Positions 51,749 through 62,269 of a stretch of 64,000 nucleotides of DNA are shown piece by piece (position 1 is the stretch's first letter; every line of letters begins with the position of its first letter). A model generated the notes under the pieces. The model ran no database searches, had not been told where the DNA came from, and saw only the letters and a list, made by a program, of their open reading frames with translations. Made by a program: the position numbers and the translations under genes. Source of the DNA: Planctomycetota bacterium (GTDB taxonomy: Bacteria; Planctomycetota; B15-G4); NCBI GenBank assembly GCA_965248575.1, contig CBDFJQ010000002.1, forward strand, positions 2,976,001-3,040,000. The letters are read 5' to 3'.

Positions 51749-54700
51749 TTACCAGACGAGCTCGGGGCACTTGCGCACGAGGATGTGCGTGTCCCGGTTG
51801 CTGCCCGTCGGGCCCCAGTAGTTGAAGTGGTAGGTGAACTGCCCGTAGCCGCCGACCATCAGGTTGGGCTTGAGGCGTGTGCGCGTGAGGCTGTTGTGGC
51901 CGCCTGCTCGGCGGTACTTGCGCAGCGGGCTCTTGGGCACCGAGTAGGTGCGCTCCGGCGAGTGGTAGATGATGCAGATGCCGCGCGGCAACCTTGCACT
52001 CACCGCGGCGCGCGTGACCACCACGCCGTGGTCGTTGTGCACCTCCACCCAATCGTTGTCCTCGATCTGGATGGACTCGGCATCCTTGTCGTTGATCCAG
52101 AAGGGCTCGACACCGCGTGAGAGCGTCGACATGCGGTGGTTATCCGCGTAGGTCGAGTGCATGTGCCACTTGCCGTGCGGCGTCAGGAAGTTGAGGCGTA
52201 GCGTCTTGCCCTTCTCTTCGCTGAACCTCAGGTCGGCGTAGTCGGCGGGCATCGGCTTCGGCTTGTAGGTCGGCAGGTGCTCGCCGAACTGCAGGTAGCC
52301 GGGGTGGTCCAGATAGAAATGCTGGCGGCCGGTCAGGGTGCGCCAGGGCACGAGCTTTTCGCGGTTGTAGGTGAAGGGCGCGTAGGTCCGGCCGTTCTCG
52401 ACCAGCCCCGACCACATGGGGCTGTTGATCAGGCGCCTGGGCTGGGACTGGAGGTCGCGGTAGTTGACCCGCACGCCGCGGTTCTTCTCGGCCAGGTCGG
52501 TCAGCTTCAGGCCCGTCTTCTCCTCCATGTTCTTGTAGGAGCGGTACGCCAGCTCGCCGTTGGTCACCGTGGCCAGGTCGAGGATCGTGTCGCAGACCTG
52601 GGTCGCGTACTTCAGCGAGGGATAGCGTTGCCCACCCCAGTCCTGGGTCTTGCCCGTCTCGATCAGCTCGTCGTAGATGTCGTCCACGGCGTAATGCGTG
52701 CCATGGGCGCCGAGCCCGTTTTCGCGCACGTTGCGGCCGTAGGAGATGAACTGCTCGTACAGGTGCTCGTAGTCCCGATCGACGACCTTCAGGCCTGGCA
52801 TGGTCTTGCCGGGGATGGCCTCGCACTCCCCGCGGTGCCAATCGCGGATCTGGGGCTGCGCGATCTCGGCCGGCGAGTCGTGCGCCAGGGGCAGGGCCAC
52901 GATGTCCTTGGTCTTGCCGGGCAGGTGCTTGGGAGACAGCTTGCCGATGGCCTGGGCGATGGCGCGGAAGATGTCCCAGTCGGACTTGCTCTCCCAGCAG
53001 GGCGGCACGGCCTTGCTCAAAGGGTGGATGAAGCTGTGCATGTCCGTGGTGTTGAGGTCGGCCTTCTCGTACCAGGTCGCCGCCGGCAGGATGATGTCCG
53101 AGTACAGCGCCGACGTGTCCATGCGGAAGTTGAGGTCGACCACCAGGTCCATCTTTCCGGTAGGCGCGTGCTTGACCCAGTCGACTTCCTTCACGTGCCC
53201 TTCGGCCATGTCCTCGGAGATGGTGTTGGTGTGCGTCCCGAGGTAGTGCTTCAGGAAGTACTCGTGGCCCTTGGCCGAAGACATGAGGGCGTTGCCGCGC
53301 CAGATGAACCAGACACGTGGCCAGTTCTCCTCCGCGTCCGGATTCTCGATGGAGAACTTCAGCTTGCCGTCCACCACCTGGTTCTTGACCCAGGTGGCGA
53401 TGGCGTCGTCGTCCTTCGCCCCGGCCGCCTGCGCCTCCTTGCACAACTCCAGCGGGCTGCGCTCGAACTGCGGGTAGAAGGGGAGCCAGCCGTTGCGCAC
53501 CGCCCGCACGTTGGCGTCGATGGTGTGCCCCTCTGCCAGACTGCCCTCAGGTTGATCCTCGGGCACGGTGTGGTAGTCGCGGAAGCTGCGTTCGTAGCGC
53601 CATTGGTCCGTGTGCACGTAGTGCCAGCTGGGCGCGTTTTGCAGGCGCGAGGGGCCGTACCAGTCCTTCGCCAGGGCGATGGACGACCACGACTCCATGG
53701 GCGCGAGCTTCTCTTGGCCCACGTAGTGCGCCAGGCCACCACCGTTGGTGCCCACACAGCCGCAGAACATGAGCGCGTGGATCGCCGCGCGGTACATGAG
53801 GTTCGCGTGGTACCAGTGGTTGATGCCTGCGCCGATGATCACCGTGCACTTGCCGCCGGTGTGTTCGGCCGTGGAGGCCCACTCCCGAGCGAAGCGGATG
53901 ATCGTGGCGCGGTCGATGCCCGTGTAGCGCTCGGCCCAGGCCGGCGTGTAGACGGCATCCTCGTCGTAGTCTGCGGGGTAGGCACCCGACAGCCCGCGGC
54001 CCACGCCGTACTGGGCCATGAGCAAGTCGTAGGCCGTGGTGACCGTCACCGGGCCGTCCGTGGTCTGCACGACGCGCACCGGCACGCCACGTTCCAACGA
54101 GCCGCCGGCTGCAAAGTCGTCCAGCCGCACCGAAGCGACCGAGTCATGCTGCTCGAGGAAGGTCAGCTCGGCATCGATGGGGCTGCCATCCTTGCCGTCC
54201 TCGGGCTTCATGTTCCACTTGCCCTTCTCGGCTCCCCAGCGGTGGCCCGAGCTGCCCATGGGCATCTTGGGCCGGTTGTCGCCGCGGTCCCACTGCAGGA
54301 ACTTCCACTCGCCGTTCTCCTCGTCGGCGTAGTTCTCGAGGCGGCCTGCGCGCAACAGTTGCCCGGCCTCCCAGTGGCCGTTCTTCTCGGTCAGCTCGAC
54401 CAGGAAGGGGCCGTCGGTGAACTTACGCGTGTAGTCCATGAAGAAGGGCGTCTGCTTCTCGTGGTGGAACTCCTTCAGGATGATGTGGTTGACGGCCATC
54501 CACCACGCGCCGTCCTGGCCTGCGTTGAGGGCGATCCACTCATCCGCGTACTTGGCCACCTGGTTGAAGTCGGGCGAGAACACCACCATCTTCGTGCCGT
54601 TGGTGCGCGCCTGCGCAGCGAAGGGCACGTCCGGCGTGCGCGTCATGTTCAGGTTGCTGCCCATGACCGCCAGGAACTTGCTGTGGTACCAGTCCGCCGA

Positions 54701-55459
54701 CTCGTTGACGTCGGTCTGCTCGCCCCAGGTCTCGGGGGACGCGTTGGGCAGGTCGCAGTACCAGTCGTAGAAGGAGAGGGACACGCCGCCGATCAACTGC
54801 ATCAGGCGTGAACCCGCGGCGTAGCTGACCATGGACATGGCAGGGATCGGCGAGAAGCCCGCCACCCGGTCCGGGCCGTGCTTCTTGATGGTCTGCACCG
54901 TCGAGGCGGCAATGATCTCCAACACCGTGTCCCAACTCGTGCGCCGCAAGCCGCCCTTGCCCCGGGCGCGCTGGTAGCGCTTGCGCCGCTCCGGGTCCGA
55001 CTGCAGCCACTGCCAGGCGTCGACCGGGTCCTCGTGCACACTGCGCGCTTCGCGCCACAGGTCCAGCAGGGCACCGCGGATGTAGGGGTACTTCACGCGC
55101 AGAGGGCTGTAGAGATACCAGCTGTAGCTAATGCCGCGCTGGCAACCCCGGGGCTCGTACGCCGGGATGCTCTTCTCCAGCCGCGGGTAGTCCGGCGCCT
55201 GCATCTCCCAGGCCACGATGCCGTCCTTCACGTGGATGTCCCACGAGCAGCTGCCGGTGCAGTTGACGCCGTGCGTGCTGCGCACGACTTTGTCGTGCTG
55301 CCAACGGTTGCGGTAGAACTCTTCCCAGGAGCGGGTCTGGGGGGCGACGGTGTCCTGGATCCAGGGGTTGCCGGAATCCTGCGATCCGTGGCCGTTCGTT
55401 CCCTGCCCGTTCTGGCCCTGCCCGTTCTGGCTGTGCCCCTTGCTGCCGGGTTTGCTCAC
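51749..55459 (-). CDS. narG: Nitrate reductase / nitrite oxidoreductase alpha (Mo-bisPGD) subunit, cytoplasmic
   Basis: [11 protein letters not shown]...PRGCQRG (FS0), [19 protein letters not shown] and [12 protein letters not shown]; no Tat signal; GTG start overlapping the cytochrome c stop. Confidence 0.96.
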   Translation of the reverse strand: MSKPGSKGHSQNGQGQNGQGTNGHGSQDSGNPWIQDTVAPQTRSWEEFYRNRWQHDKVVRSTHGVNCTGSCSWDIHVKDGIVAWEMQAPDYPRLEKSIPAYEPRGCQRGISYSWYLYSPLRVKYPYIRGALLDLWREARSVHEDPVDAWQWLQSDPERRKRYQRARGKGGLRRTSWDTVLEIIAASTVQTIKKHGPDRVAGFSPIPAMSMVSYAAGSRLMQLIGGVSLSFYDWYCDLPNASPETWGEQTDVNESADWYHSKFLAVMGSNLNMTRTPDVPFAAQARTNGTKMVVFSPDFNQVAKYADEWIALNAGQDGAWWMAVNHIILKEFHHEKQTPFFMDYTRKFTDGPFLVELTEKNGHWEAGQLLRAGRLENYADEENGEWKFLQWDRGDNRPKMPMGSSGHRWGAEKGKWNMKPEDGKDGSPIDAELTFLEQHDSVASVRLDDFAAGGSLERGVPVRVVQTTDGPVTVTTAYDLLMAQYGVGRGLSGAYPADYDEDAVYTPAWAERYTGIDRATIIRFAREWASTAEHTGGKCTVIIGAGINHWYHANLMYRAAIHALMFCGCVGTNGGGLAHYVGQEKLAPMESWSSIALAKDWYGPSRLQNAPSWHYVHTDQWRYERSFRDYHTVPEDQPEGSLAEGHTIDANVRAVRNGWLPFYPQFERSPLELCKEAQAAGAKDDDAIATWVKNQVVDGKLKFSIENPDAEENWPRVWFIWRGNALMSSAKGHEYFLKHYLGTHTNTISEDMAEGHVKEVDWVKHAPTGKMDLVVDLNFRMDTSALYSDIILPAATWYEKADLNTTDMHSFIHPLSKAVPPCWESKSDWDIFRAIAQAIGKLSPKHLPGKTKDIVALPLAHDSPAEIAQPQIRDWHRGECEAIPGKTMPGLKVVDRDYEHLYEQFISYGRNVRENGLGAHGTHYAVDDIYDELIETGKTQDWGGQRYPSLKYATQVCDTILDLATVTNGELAYRSYKNMEEKTGLKLTDLAEKNRGVRVNYRDLQSQPRRLINSPMWSGLVENGRTYAPFTYNREKLVPWRTLTGRQHFYLDHPGYLQFGEHLPTYKPKPMPADYADLRFSEEKGKTLRLNFLTPHGKWHMHSTYADNHRMSTLSRGVEPFWINDKDAESIQIEDNDWVEVHNDHGVVVTRAAVSARLPRGICIIYHSPERTYSVPKSPLRKYRRAGGHNSLTRTRLKPNLMVGGYGQFTYHFNYWGPTGSNRDTHILVRKCPELVW
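55385..55429 (-). repeat. 15-bp in-frame tandem repeat in the NarG N-terminal extension ([15 protein letters not shown])
   Basis: CAGAACGGGCAGGGC CAGAACGGGCAGGGA ACGAACGGCCACGGA on the coding strand. Confidence 0.75.
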
Positions 55460-56379
55460 GAGTTCTGTCCCTCCATCACGTGCCGTCCGGCAAGTCGTTT
55501 GCGGACCAGGGGTTCACGGGTCGCTACGTAGCGGCCGCGCCAAGCAACGTCGAAGAGCACGAGCACGAGGGCCGCCAAACCGAAGCCTGTGAGCAGGAAG
55601 GCAAGAGTGCCGTCCTCTGCCAGGTCCTGCCCTCCTGCTGCCGTGTCCTTGAGGTATGCGGTGAGAGCGAGCACCTCCTCGCTCTCGATGGGTGTCTTGC
55701 GATAGATGGGCGACATCACCTCTGAGGGCGGAGAGCTGAGCCAGGCTGCCAACCCCTTGCGCCCTTCGAGACGGGCATAGACAGCGGTCAGGTCCGGCCC
55801 CAGCTGACCGCCACCGAAGCCGCCGGCCCCCGCCAGCGTGTGGCAGCTGAAGCAGGGCGGCGCACCGCTCGCGAAGTCGGCCTCCCCGCGGAACAGCTGG
55901 CGGCCCAGTTCGATGTCCACCTCCGTCAGCGGCCGGTCGGAGATCTGCAGGCCGGCGAAGCGGCTCTTCTCGAGCGTGGACTCGAGTTGCATCACGTCCA
56001 CCAACTTGTCGGCCAGGACGGCCGTCATGCCCGGCGGGTCCGACATGTACACACCGCGTGCTTCGCGCAACAATTCCTGGGCGTAGGCGTCGCCGCTGTC
56101 GATCATCGCCTTGGGGTGCTGGATGAACTCCACCAACCAGTCGCGGTCGCGGCGCTCAAGCACGTCCTTCAGGTCGGGGCCCGTGAGCCGCCCGCCACCG
56201 ATGGTGTGGCAGCTCTTGCAGTTGAGCTCGAAGTACTGGTAGGCCTCTTCGCTCGGGGCTTGAGCCGCCGCGCTGACGGCGGACAACGCCACGGCGCAGG
56301 CGGCACCAGCGAGAGCCCTAACGAAGACGGGGGCGCGGGTGCGCCCTTGCAGCCTGGATGAGTTCCTCGTCGTTCGCAT
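55456..56379 (-). CDS. narC: Periplasmic diheme cytochrome c with C-terminal membrane anchor (NarC-like)
   Basis: Signal peptide; CKSCH..GPDL and CFSCH..GPDL; C-terminal TM; first gene of the nar operon; AAGGAG RBS. Confidence 0.8.
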   Translation of the reverse strand: MRTTRNSSRLQGRTRAPVFVRALAGAACAVALSAVSAAAQAPSEEAYQYFELNCKSCHTIGGGRLTGPDLKDVLERRDRDWLVEFIQHPKAMIDSGDAYAQELLREARGVYMSDPPGMTAVLADKLVDVMQLESTLEKSRFAGLQISDRPLTEVDIELGRQLFRGEADFASGAPPCFSCHTLAGAGGFGGGQLGPDLTAVYARLEGRKGLAAWLSSPPSEVMSPIYRKTPIESEEVLALTAYLKDTAAGGQDLAEDGTLAFLLTGFGLAALVLVLFDVAWRGRYVATREPLVRKRLAGRHVMEGQNS

Positions 56380-56408
56380 CTGCGGTCTCCTTCAGTGGAG
56401 TCCTGCAG

Positions 56409-56425
56409 AGCAAGCGGCGTGCCGA
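56409..56425 (-). promoter_or_regulatory. Sigma-54 (-24/-12) promoter of the nar-act-nor operon
   Basis: Minus strand TCGGCACGCCGCTTGCT, i.e. GG-N10-GC with CACG and TT consensus bases, 30 nt upstream of ATG 56379 and directly downstream of a sigma-54 activator gene. Confidence 0.82.
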
Positions 56426-56549
56426 TTCCTGAACGGGCAGAACAACGGCTCTCGGGGGCACATCACGGCAGGCGCGGCCCGCACTGCCTCCGCGTGTTGT
56501 CAGTGGGTGCATTGCTGCGGAGGCACCCCGAGGATGCAGCGCGCGGACC

Positions 56550-58061
56550 TCAGACGCCCTCTTCGAAGCTCGCCCGGTCGATCCCCAGCTGGCGCAGGAT
56601 CTTCTGCAGCGCCGCGCGCGTCATGCCGCAGGCGGAGGCGGCCTGGCTGACGTTGCCCCCGCTGCGCTCCAGGGCGCCCTGCACGAACTCTCGCTGGAAG
56701 TTCTCCACCGCAGCTTGCTTGGCGGCAGCGTAGTCGGGCGACTGCGAATCCACACCCGAAGGCCCTGCGCCCAGGCTGCCCACCGCGGCCTCCAGCCTGC
56801 CGTCCAGCGGCGCGCCCCAGACGTCGCCAAGGCCGAGATGGAAGGGAAGGATCCGCTCTCCACAACACACGACCAAGGCGCGCTGAATGGCGTTCTCCAG
56901 CTCACGCACGTTGCCCGGCCAGGGGTGGGCCTCCAGGGCGCTGGTGGCTTCGGGGCTCAGCTCCGGCACCGTGGCACCGGGCCCAAGGCACTCGGCGGAG
57001 ACCCGCTCCAGGAACCAGTCCGCCAGAGCCAACACATCGGCCGGTCGCTCGCGCAGCGGCGGCACGGGAATACGGACCACCTGCAAGCGGTAGTAGAGGT
57101 CCTCCCGGAAGCTGCCCTCCGCCACCATGGCCTCCAGCTTGCGATTGGTGGCCGCCACCAGCCGGAAGGCGACGGGCCGGTCGCTGCTCCCCCCCACCGG
57201 GCGCACGAGCTTCTCCTGCAGGACGCGCAGGAGCTTGCCCTGGAACGAGGGCGACATGGAAGCCACCTCGTCCAGGAAGACCGTCCCGCCGTTCGCCTCT
57301 TCGAAGAGACCGCGCCGATCCCGGTCCGCGCCGGTGAAGGAGCCCCGCTTGTGACCGAAGAGCTCCGACTCCAACAAGGTGTCCGCCATGGCCGCGCAGT
57401 TCACGGCCTGGAAGGGCTTGCCCGCCACGGCGCTGGCGTTGTGCACCGCGCGTGCGATGAGTTCCTTGCCCGTGCCGCTCTCGCCCTCCACCAGCACCGG
57501 CAAGGGGCTGGGCGCCACGCGCCGCACCAACTCCAGCACGCGTATCATGTTCGGGTCGGAGGCGATGATCCGTTGCTCCCCGCCCTGCGCGACGCCGCCT
57601 GCCCCGCCACGTGCGCGGCGGGCCAGGATCTGCCGGCCAAGACGGCGCACGAGCCCAAGGATCTGCTCGTTGTCGAAAGGCTTGGTCAGGAAGTGCGCGG
57701 CGCCAGCTTGCAGGCAGCGCACGGCGGTCTGCACCGTGCCGAAACCCGTCAGCAAGACCACCTTGGTCTCAGGCCGGCGCTGCTTCACGGCGTGCAAGAG
57801 CTCGACGCCCGAAATTCCGGGCATCATGAGGTCCGTGATCACGAGGTCGGCCGACTGTTCGTCCAGGAGGCTCAGGGCTGCGGCTCCGGACTCGGCTTCC
57901 CGGGCCTCGATCCCCAGGTTCGCCAGAAGTCGGCGCAAGCCGAGACGGATGTCCGCCTCATCGTCCACCACCAACACACGCAAGGCTCCCAGAGTTTGCT
58001 GGGTGCCTTGAGCCCCCGGGGCGAGCGGGGTGGCAGTGGGTGTGTTGTCTGGGGTGCTCAT
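56550..58061 (-). CDS. Sigma-54-dependent response regulator (NtrC/AtoC family)
   Basis: REC domain (VVDDE, TDLMMP, TKPF); GESGTGKE, ESELFGH.RGSFTGA, FLDEV, FREDLYYRL, WPGNVRELEN; C-terminal HTH. Confidence 0.95.
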   Translation of the reverse strand: MSTPDNTPTATPLAPGAQGTQQTLGALRVLVVDDEADIRLGLRRLLANLGIEAREAESGAAALSLLDEQSADLVITDLMMPGISGVELLHAVKQRRPETKVVLLTGFGTVQTAVRCLQAGAAHFLTKPFDNEQILGLVRRLGRQILARRARGGAGGVAQGGEQRIIASDPNMIRVLELVRRVAPSPLPVLVEGESGTGKELIARAVHNASAVAGKPFQAVNCAAMADTLLESELFGHKRGSFTGADRDRRGLFEEANGGTVFLDEVASMSPSFQGKLLRVLQEKLVRPVGGSSDRPVAFRLVAATNRKLEAMVAEGSFREDLYYRLQVVRIPVPPLRERPADVLALADWFLERVSAECLGPGATVPELSPEATSALEAHPWPGNVRELENAIQRALVVCCGERILPFHLGLGDVWGAPLDGRLEAAVGSLGAGPSGVDSQSPDYAAAKQAAVENFQREFVQGALERSGGNVSQAASACGMTRAALQKILRQLGIDRASFEEGV

Positions 58062-60340
58062 GAGTAGGGACCCGGGTTTCGTGCCATCTCGATCAGGGCG
58101 CGCGACCGCAGACGCACCCGGAAGGTCGTGCCCATTGGCGAGGACTCCACCAGCTCGATCTGCCCACCGTGCATTTCGGCGATGCGCCGCGCGGTGGGCA
58201 GCCCGAGCCCAGTGCCCTCACCCCGAGGCTTCGTCGTGAAGAAGGGCCGGAAGATGCGCTCCTGCTGCTCGCTGCCGATCCCCGGGCCCGTGTCCACGAC
58301 GTCCACCGCCAGACGATCCTCCTCATCGAAGCTGCGCAGGGTGACCGAGCGGGGGCCTGCAGCATCGCCAGTCTCCGGGCGGTTCCCCGCCACGGCCTGG
58401 ATCGCATTCAACGTCAGGTTCACGAAAACCTGGCGCAGCTGGATCTCGTCGCCCGTGACCTCGGCTCGCTCCGCCTCCCGCAGCAGCTGCACGCTGACCC
58501 CGGCGCGTTCGCTCAGGGGTCGCAAGAAGCGCACCACGTCCTCCAGCACGTCGTGTACGTCCAGCGAGCCCACCTCGGGCGTCGAGCCCGTGGCGTAGTC
58601 GAGCAGCTCGCGAATGGCGCGCTTGGCGGAATCGATGTTGCGGGAGATCACCTCGGTGTTCTCCCGCAGCGGCGAGTCCGCCGTCAGCTCGGCGTCCAGC
58701 ATCTGGTTGAACATGCTGATGGACGCCAGCGGATTGTTGATCTCGTGCGCGACCACGGCAGCCACTTCGCCCAGCACGGCCAGGCGTTCGTTGTGGATCT
58801 GGCGCTCATCCTGCTTCACCCGGTCGGTCACCTCGCGGGAGACGAGCACGCGCCCGCGACCTCCCATGGGGTCAGGGGGCAGGGGCGTGGTGTGGATCTC
58901 GAAGGTTCGCACGCCCACGTCCACCGAACAGGAACGCGGTGGCCCGCTCGTGTCCATCAGGCAGGCGAAGCAGCCGTGGCCCTCGCGATTCACGGACGTG
59001 GCCTCGTCCAGGCAGACGTTGTGCCCCGTGGCCGTTCGCTCTTGTTCGATGAGGGTGAGCAGGGGCTGCGCGGCCGAGTTGGAGAGCACGACGCTGCCCT
59101 TGGCATCGAGCACCACCAGGCCGTCGTGCATGGAGGCGATCACCGCCTCAACACGGTCCCGCTCGGCACGCAGCTCTGATTGTCGCTCCCGCAGGTCCGA
59201 TGCCGTCTGCTCCAGGCGGCCTGCGCGCTCCTGGATCGCCCCCGCCATCTCGTTGAAGCTGCGGCCCAGGATCCCAATTTCGTCGTTGGAGGCCACCGCC
59301 ACCCGGGTGTCCAGCTCCCCCTCTCGCAGGCGCTCCGAGGCCCGTGTGAGCAGGGCCAGCGGGTGCACGAAGAAGCGGATGGGGAAGTACAGCAGCAACA
59401 GCGACAGGGCAGCCAGCGCGATGCCCACCGCCAGCAGCCGCGCCTTGAGCCCCAGCACCGGAAGCAAAGCCTGCTCTGTGTCCAGGGTGACCTCGACCCA
59501 CCAACCGCTGGCGGACACGGGGAAGGAGCGCGAATAGGTCCCTCGCACCGGGGCGAATGCAGGCACTTTGCTCACGGGCATGGAGTGAACAGAAAGGGCA
59601 GTGCTGTGCTCGAGGATCCGCAAGCTCCCACCCGAGCCCGGCGAGGACACCAGGCGCCGGCCGCGGCCGTCGTGCACCAGCAAGGTGGCTTCCAGCACGC
59701 CGCTGGCATCGGCCTCGGTGTTGACGGACAACGCCGTCTGCATCCATGTGCGCGCCTCGACCAGCACATGCAGGTGCCCCACGACACGCTCGCTCGCTAG
59801 GTCGCTGAGGGGTGTCGAGAGCAGCAGGCTGGGGACGCCCCCCGTCTCGCCCAAGAGACCACTGACTTGGGTGTGCCCGGACAAAAGCTCCCGAGGAGGG
59901 GGCTGCATGCGCCGTGCCTGATCGCCTTGCTCGTCGTGCACGACCGTCAACAGATTCCCAGCCGTGTCCGTGACGGCGAGGTTCAGGAACGCATCCACCA
60001 GCGGCAGCTTGTTCTGGTCAAGGTGGCGCCGCAACTCGGTGCGCAGGGTGTCCAGCTGATCGACGCTTTCGGTGGACTGCAGACGCGCCGCGTGGTCGCG
60101 GATGTATCCGTCGGAGGCAAAATCCTCCAGGCGTCGCTCCAAGGCACCCAGGCTGACGTCCAAGGTCGTCGCATACACATGGCATTGCGAGTCCATGCGC
60201 GCGAGGATCTCGCTCTCCAAGGCCGCCTCTGTCCAGCGCGACACCAGTGACCCACCCAAGCCATACGCCAGCAGACACAGGCTGACGAACAACAGCCCCA
60301 GCTTGGTGCGCACGGAGACATCTGCGAGCGGATCAATCAA
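58058..60340 (-). CDS. Membrane sensor histidine kinase (periplasmic domain, HAMP, Cys-rich PAS, HisKA, HATPase)
   Basis: Two TM helices; HAMP (DEIGILGRSFNEM); H-box AHEINNPL, N-box NLTLNA, DTGPGI, FFTTK and GTGLGL. TTG start is uncertain. Confidence 0.92.
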   Translation of the reverse strand: MIDPLADVSVRTKLGLLFVSLCLLAYGLGGSLVSRWTEAALESEILARMDSQCHVYATTLDVSLGALERRLEDFASDGYIRDHAARLQSTESVDQLDTLRTELRRHLDQNKLPLVDAFLNLAVTDTAGNLLTVVHDEQGDQARRMQPPPRELLSGHTQVSGLLGETGGVPSLLLSTPLSDLASERVVGHLHVLVEARTWMQTALSVNTEADASGVLEATLLVHDGRGRRLVSSPGSGGSLRILEHSTALSVHSMPVSKVPAFAPVRGTYSRSFPVSASGWWVEVTLDTEQALLPVLGLKARLLAVGIALAALSLLLLYFPIRFFVHPLALLTRASERLREGELDTRVAVASNDEIGILGRSFNEMAGAIQERAGRLEQTASDLRERQSELRAERDRVEAVIASMHDGLVVLDAKGSVVLSNSAAQPLLTLIEQERTATGHNVCLDEATSVNREGHGCFACLMDTSGPPRSCSVDVGVRTFEIHTTPLPPDPMGGRGRVLVSREVTDRVKQDERQIHNERLAVLGEVAAVVAHEINNPLASISMFNQMLDAELTADSPLRENTEVISRNIDSAKRAIRELLDYATGSTPEVGSLDVHDVLEDVVRFLRPLSERAGVSVQLLREAERAEVTGDEIQLRQVFVNLTLNAIQAVAGNRPETGDAAGPRSVTLRSFDEEDRLAVDVVDTGPGIGSEQQERIFRPFFTTKPRGEGTGLGLPTARRIAEMHGGQIELVESSPMGTTFRVRLRSRALIEMARNPGPYS

Positions 60341-60580
60341 CCAAGGCGTCCCTTCGCCCGCTGGTTACGGCGCGGGCATGGAAACAAGCCTGTTCGTCCG
60401 GGTTCGCAACGCGCCGAGCGTCCCGGCGATGTCGCGAGCTTCAAAGGCTTGTGGGACCGCAGTGTACCTCAACAGGCGACCGCCAAGTCTGATGCAAGCA
60501 GGCCATCCGGAAACCTGTGCGCTCCCGATCGAACCGATCCACGACGGGTTCGCAGGGTGTTGCGAGCGGCCCGAGCCCCT

Positions 60581-61495
60581 CTAGTCGAGCGTCACCGGCG
60601 TCTCGAAGCCGTCGGGCTTCATCGCCAGGATCGAACACTCGATGGTAGCCAGCGCCTTCTCGGCGGTGTTGCCGATGAGCCGCCCGGCGATGCCGGCCCG
60701 CCCGATCGTTCCGAGCACGAGCAGATCGGCACCCAGCTCCCGGACCGCCAGGGAGATCTGCTCACTGGGCAGGCCTTCGCTCATGTAGAGCTTGGGTGTC
60801 ACGCCTGTCTCTTCGGCGAGCGGGTCGCACATCTCATGCAGCTGCTTCCACGCCTCCTTGCGCACGCCGGCTTCGTACTCTTCCGTCTCCTGGACCGACG
60901 CACAGCGCAGGCGCATCCCGCCCTCGCGCGGGTACTCAGGGCAATGGAACACGTTCCACTTGCCGCCGCGCAGCTTGACGATGGCGGCCGAGAGCTCCAA
61001 GACACTCGATGTCAGGTCGTGCATGGCCACCGCGGAGAGCACAACGCGCTCACCCGGATCGGATCGGCGCGGCGTCACCCACACAGGGCAGGGACACTTG
61101 CGCAACAGGTTGAGGGCGACGCTGCCCACCAGGGTGCGGTGCACCAGGCTCGACTTGCGCGCAGCGACGATCACCAGATCGTGCTTGTCGCGCAGCACTT
61201 GCCGGATAATCTCCACGAAGGCTGAGCCCTGGGACACCACGAGCTGGGCCTCGCCGTCGAGGCGCGAGAGCACGGAATCCTTCAGACGAAGGCGCGCGAG
61301 GTCGAGGGTCTCCGCATCCACGTCCTCACCTTCGACGACAGCCTGGATGGTCACCGAGGCGCCGGATTGCTCGCGGATCCAGTTGGCCTTGGAGATGGCC
61401 GAGACCACCTCCAGCGGCGGACTCTCATCGGCGTCGAAGCCGCGCGCCGCGACGTCCACGCAGAGCAAGATGGAGTTGAAGCTGTCCATGCCCAT
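60581..61495 (-). CDS. Tandem-domain universal stress protein (UspE-like)
   Basis: ILLCVD...HDLVIVA...GSVALNLLRKCPCPVWV; second domain ADLLVLGTIGRAGIAGRLIGNTAEK...SILAMKP. Confidence 0.9.
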   Translation of the reverse strand: MGMDSFNSILLCVDVAARGFDADESPPLEVVSAISKANWIREQSGASVTIQAVVEGEDVDAETLDLARLRLKDSVLSRLDGEAQLVVSQGSAFVEIIRQVLRDKHDLVIVAARKSSLVHRTLVGSVALNLLRKCPCPVWVTPRRSDPGERVVLSAVAMHDLTSSVLELSAAIVKLRGGKWNVFHCPEYPREGGMRLRCASVQETEEYEAGVRKEAWKQLHEMCDPLAEETGVTPKLYMSEGLPSEQISLAVRELGADLLVLGTIGRAGIAGRLIGNTAEKALATIECSILAMKPDGFETPVTLD

Positions 61496-61557
61496 CTGCT
61501 GAAGCTCCGTTGGGACCTCGATGAAACCTCGCCCCATTCTCAGCTTGTCTTGCCCTG

Positions 61558-61610
61558 GGCACCCTGGGACTGGTGCCTTGGGAGCGGTGCCTTGGGACCG
61601 GCACCCTGCA
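61558..61610. repeat. Degenerate 14-bp tandem repeat (about 4 units) between tRNA-Thr and the USP gene
   Basis: GGCACCCTGGGACT / GGTGCCTTGGGAGC / GGTGCCTTGGGACC / GGCACCCTGCA. Confidence 0.65.
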
Positions 61611-61622
61611 AGCAGTGAAGAA

Positions 61623-61697
61623 TGGAGCCGGGGATGGGAATCGAACCCACGACCTCAGCTTTACGAAAGCCGCGCTCTACCGCTGAGCTACCCCGGC
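61623..61697 (-). tRNA. tRNA-Thr(CGT)
   Basis: GCCGGGGTAGCTCAGCGGTAGAGCGCGGCTTTCGTAAAGCTGAGGTCGTGGGTTCGATTCCCATCCCCGGCTCCA: cloverleaf, anticodon loop TT-CGT-AA, GTTCGA T-loop, encoded CCA. Confidence 0.96.
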
Positions 61698-61813
61698 GCG
61701 AACCGCCCGAAGACGAGCCGCATGAGGCGCAAAATCTACCACACAGCCCTGTCTCCCCACTACCGCACGGAAAGGCGGCGGGCCCCTGCCCGCGCCCCGC
61801 TATCATCCCCGCC

Positions 61814-62269
61814 GTGCACTACCTCGTGGACGGCTACAACCTCGCGCACTGGCTCGCTGGCGACGAGGACATGCTCCCGACCGAGATGCGGCACCTGCTG
61901 TATCAGGCGCTGGCCGGCCGGCTGCCCCACGACGCCGAGAGCGTCCACATCTACTGGGACGTCCGCCGGGCCAACCCTCATCTGGCGGCCCAAGAATCCA
62001 TGGGCTGGTGCACGGCCTACAACGTGCCGGACGCGGACGCCGCCATCATCGACGCCATTTACGCCACGGAGGCCCCGAGCCGCTGCATCGTGGTGAGCCA
62101 CGATCGGGAGGTGACTGGCAAATGTCGCCAGTTGGGGGCCAAGGCCTGGCGGGCCGAAGACCTGCTGGGTGACCTGGGCGGCGGCGGCGACGACGACGGG
62201 CGGGGTCGCAGCCCCGGAGGCGGCCGGGGCGGTTCCAGGAGTCGAGGCCGCAAGGGACGCCGTCGATGA
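61814..62269 (+). CDS. NYN/YacP-like PIN-domain protein
   Basis: YLVDGYNL, IYWD, DADAAI and VVSHDREV acidic motifs; basic Gly/Arg tail; GTG start at 61814. Confidence 0.8.
   Translation: MHYLVDGYNLAHWLAGDEDMLPTEMRHLLYQALAGRLPHDAESVHIYWDVRRANPHLAAQESMGWCTAYNVPDADAAIIDAIYATEAPSRCIVVSHDREVTGKCRQLGAKAWRAEDLLGDLGGGGDDDGRGRSPGGGRGGSRSRGRKGRRR

Noticed and set aside
60490..60510. Second sigma-54 promoter upstream of the sensor kinase (TGGCCTGCTTGCA on the minus strand)
   Set aside because: GG-to-GC spacing is 7 nt rather than the required 10.
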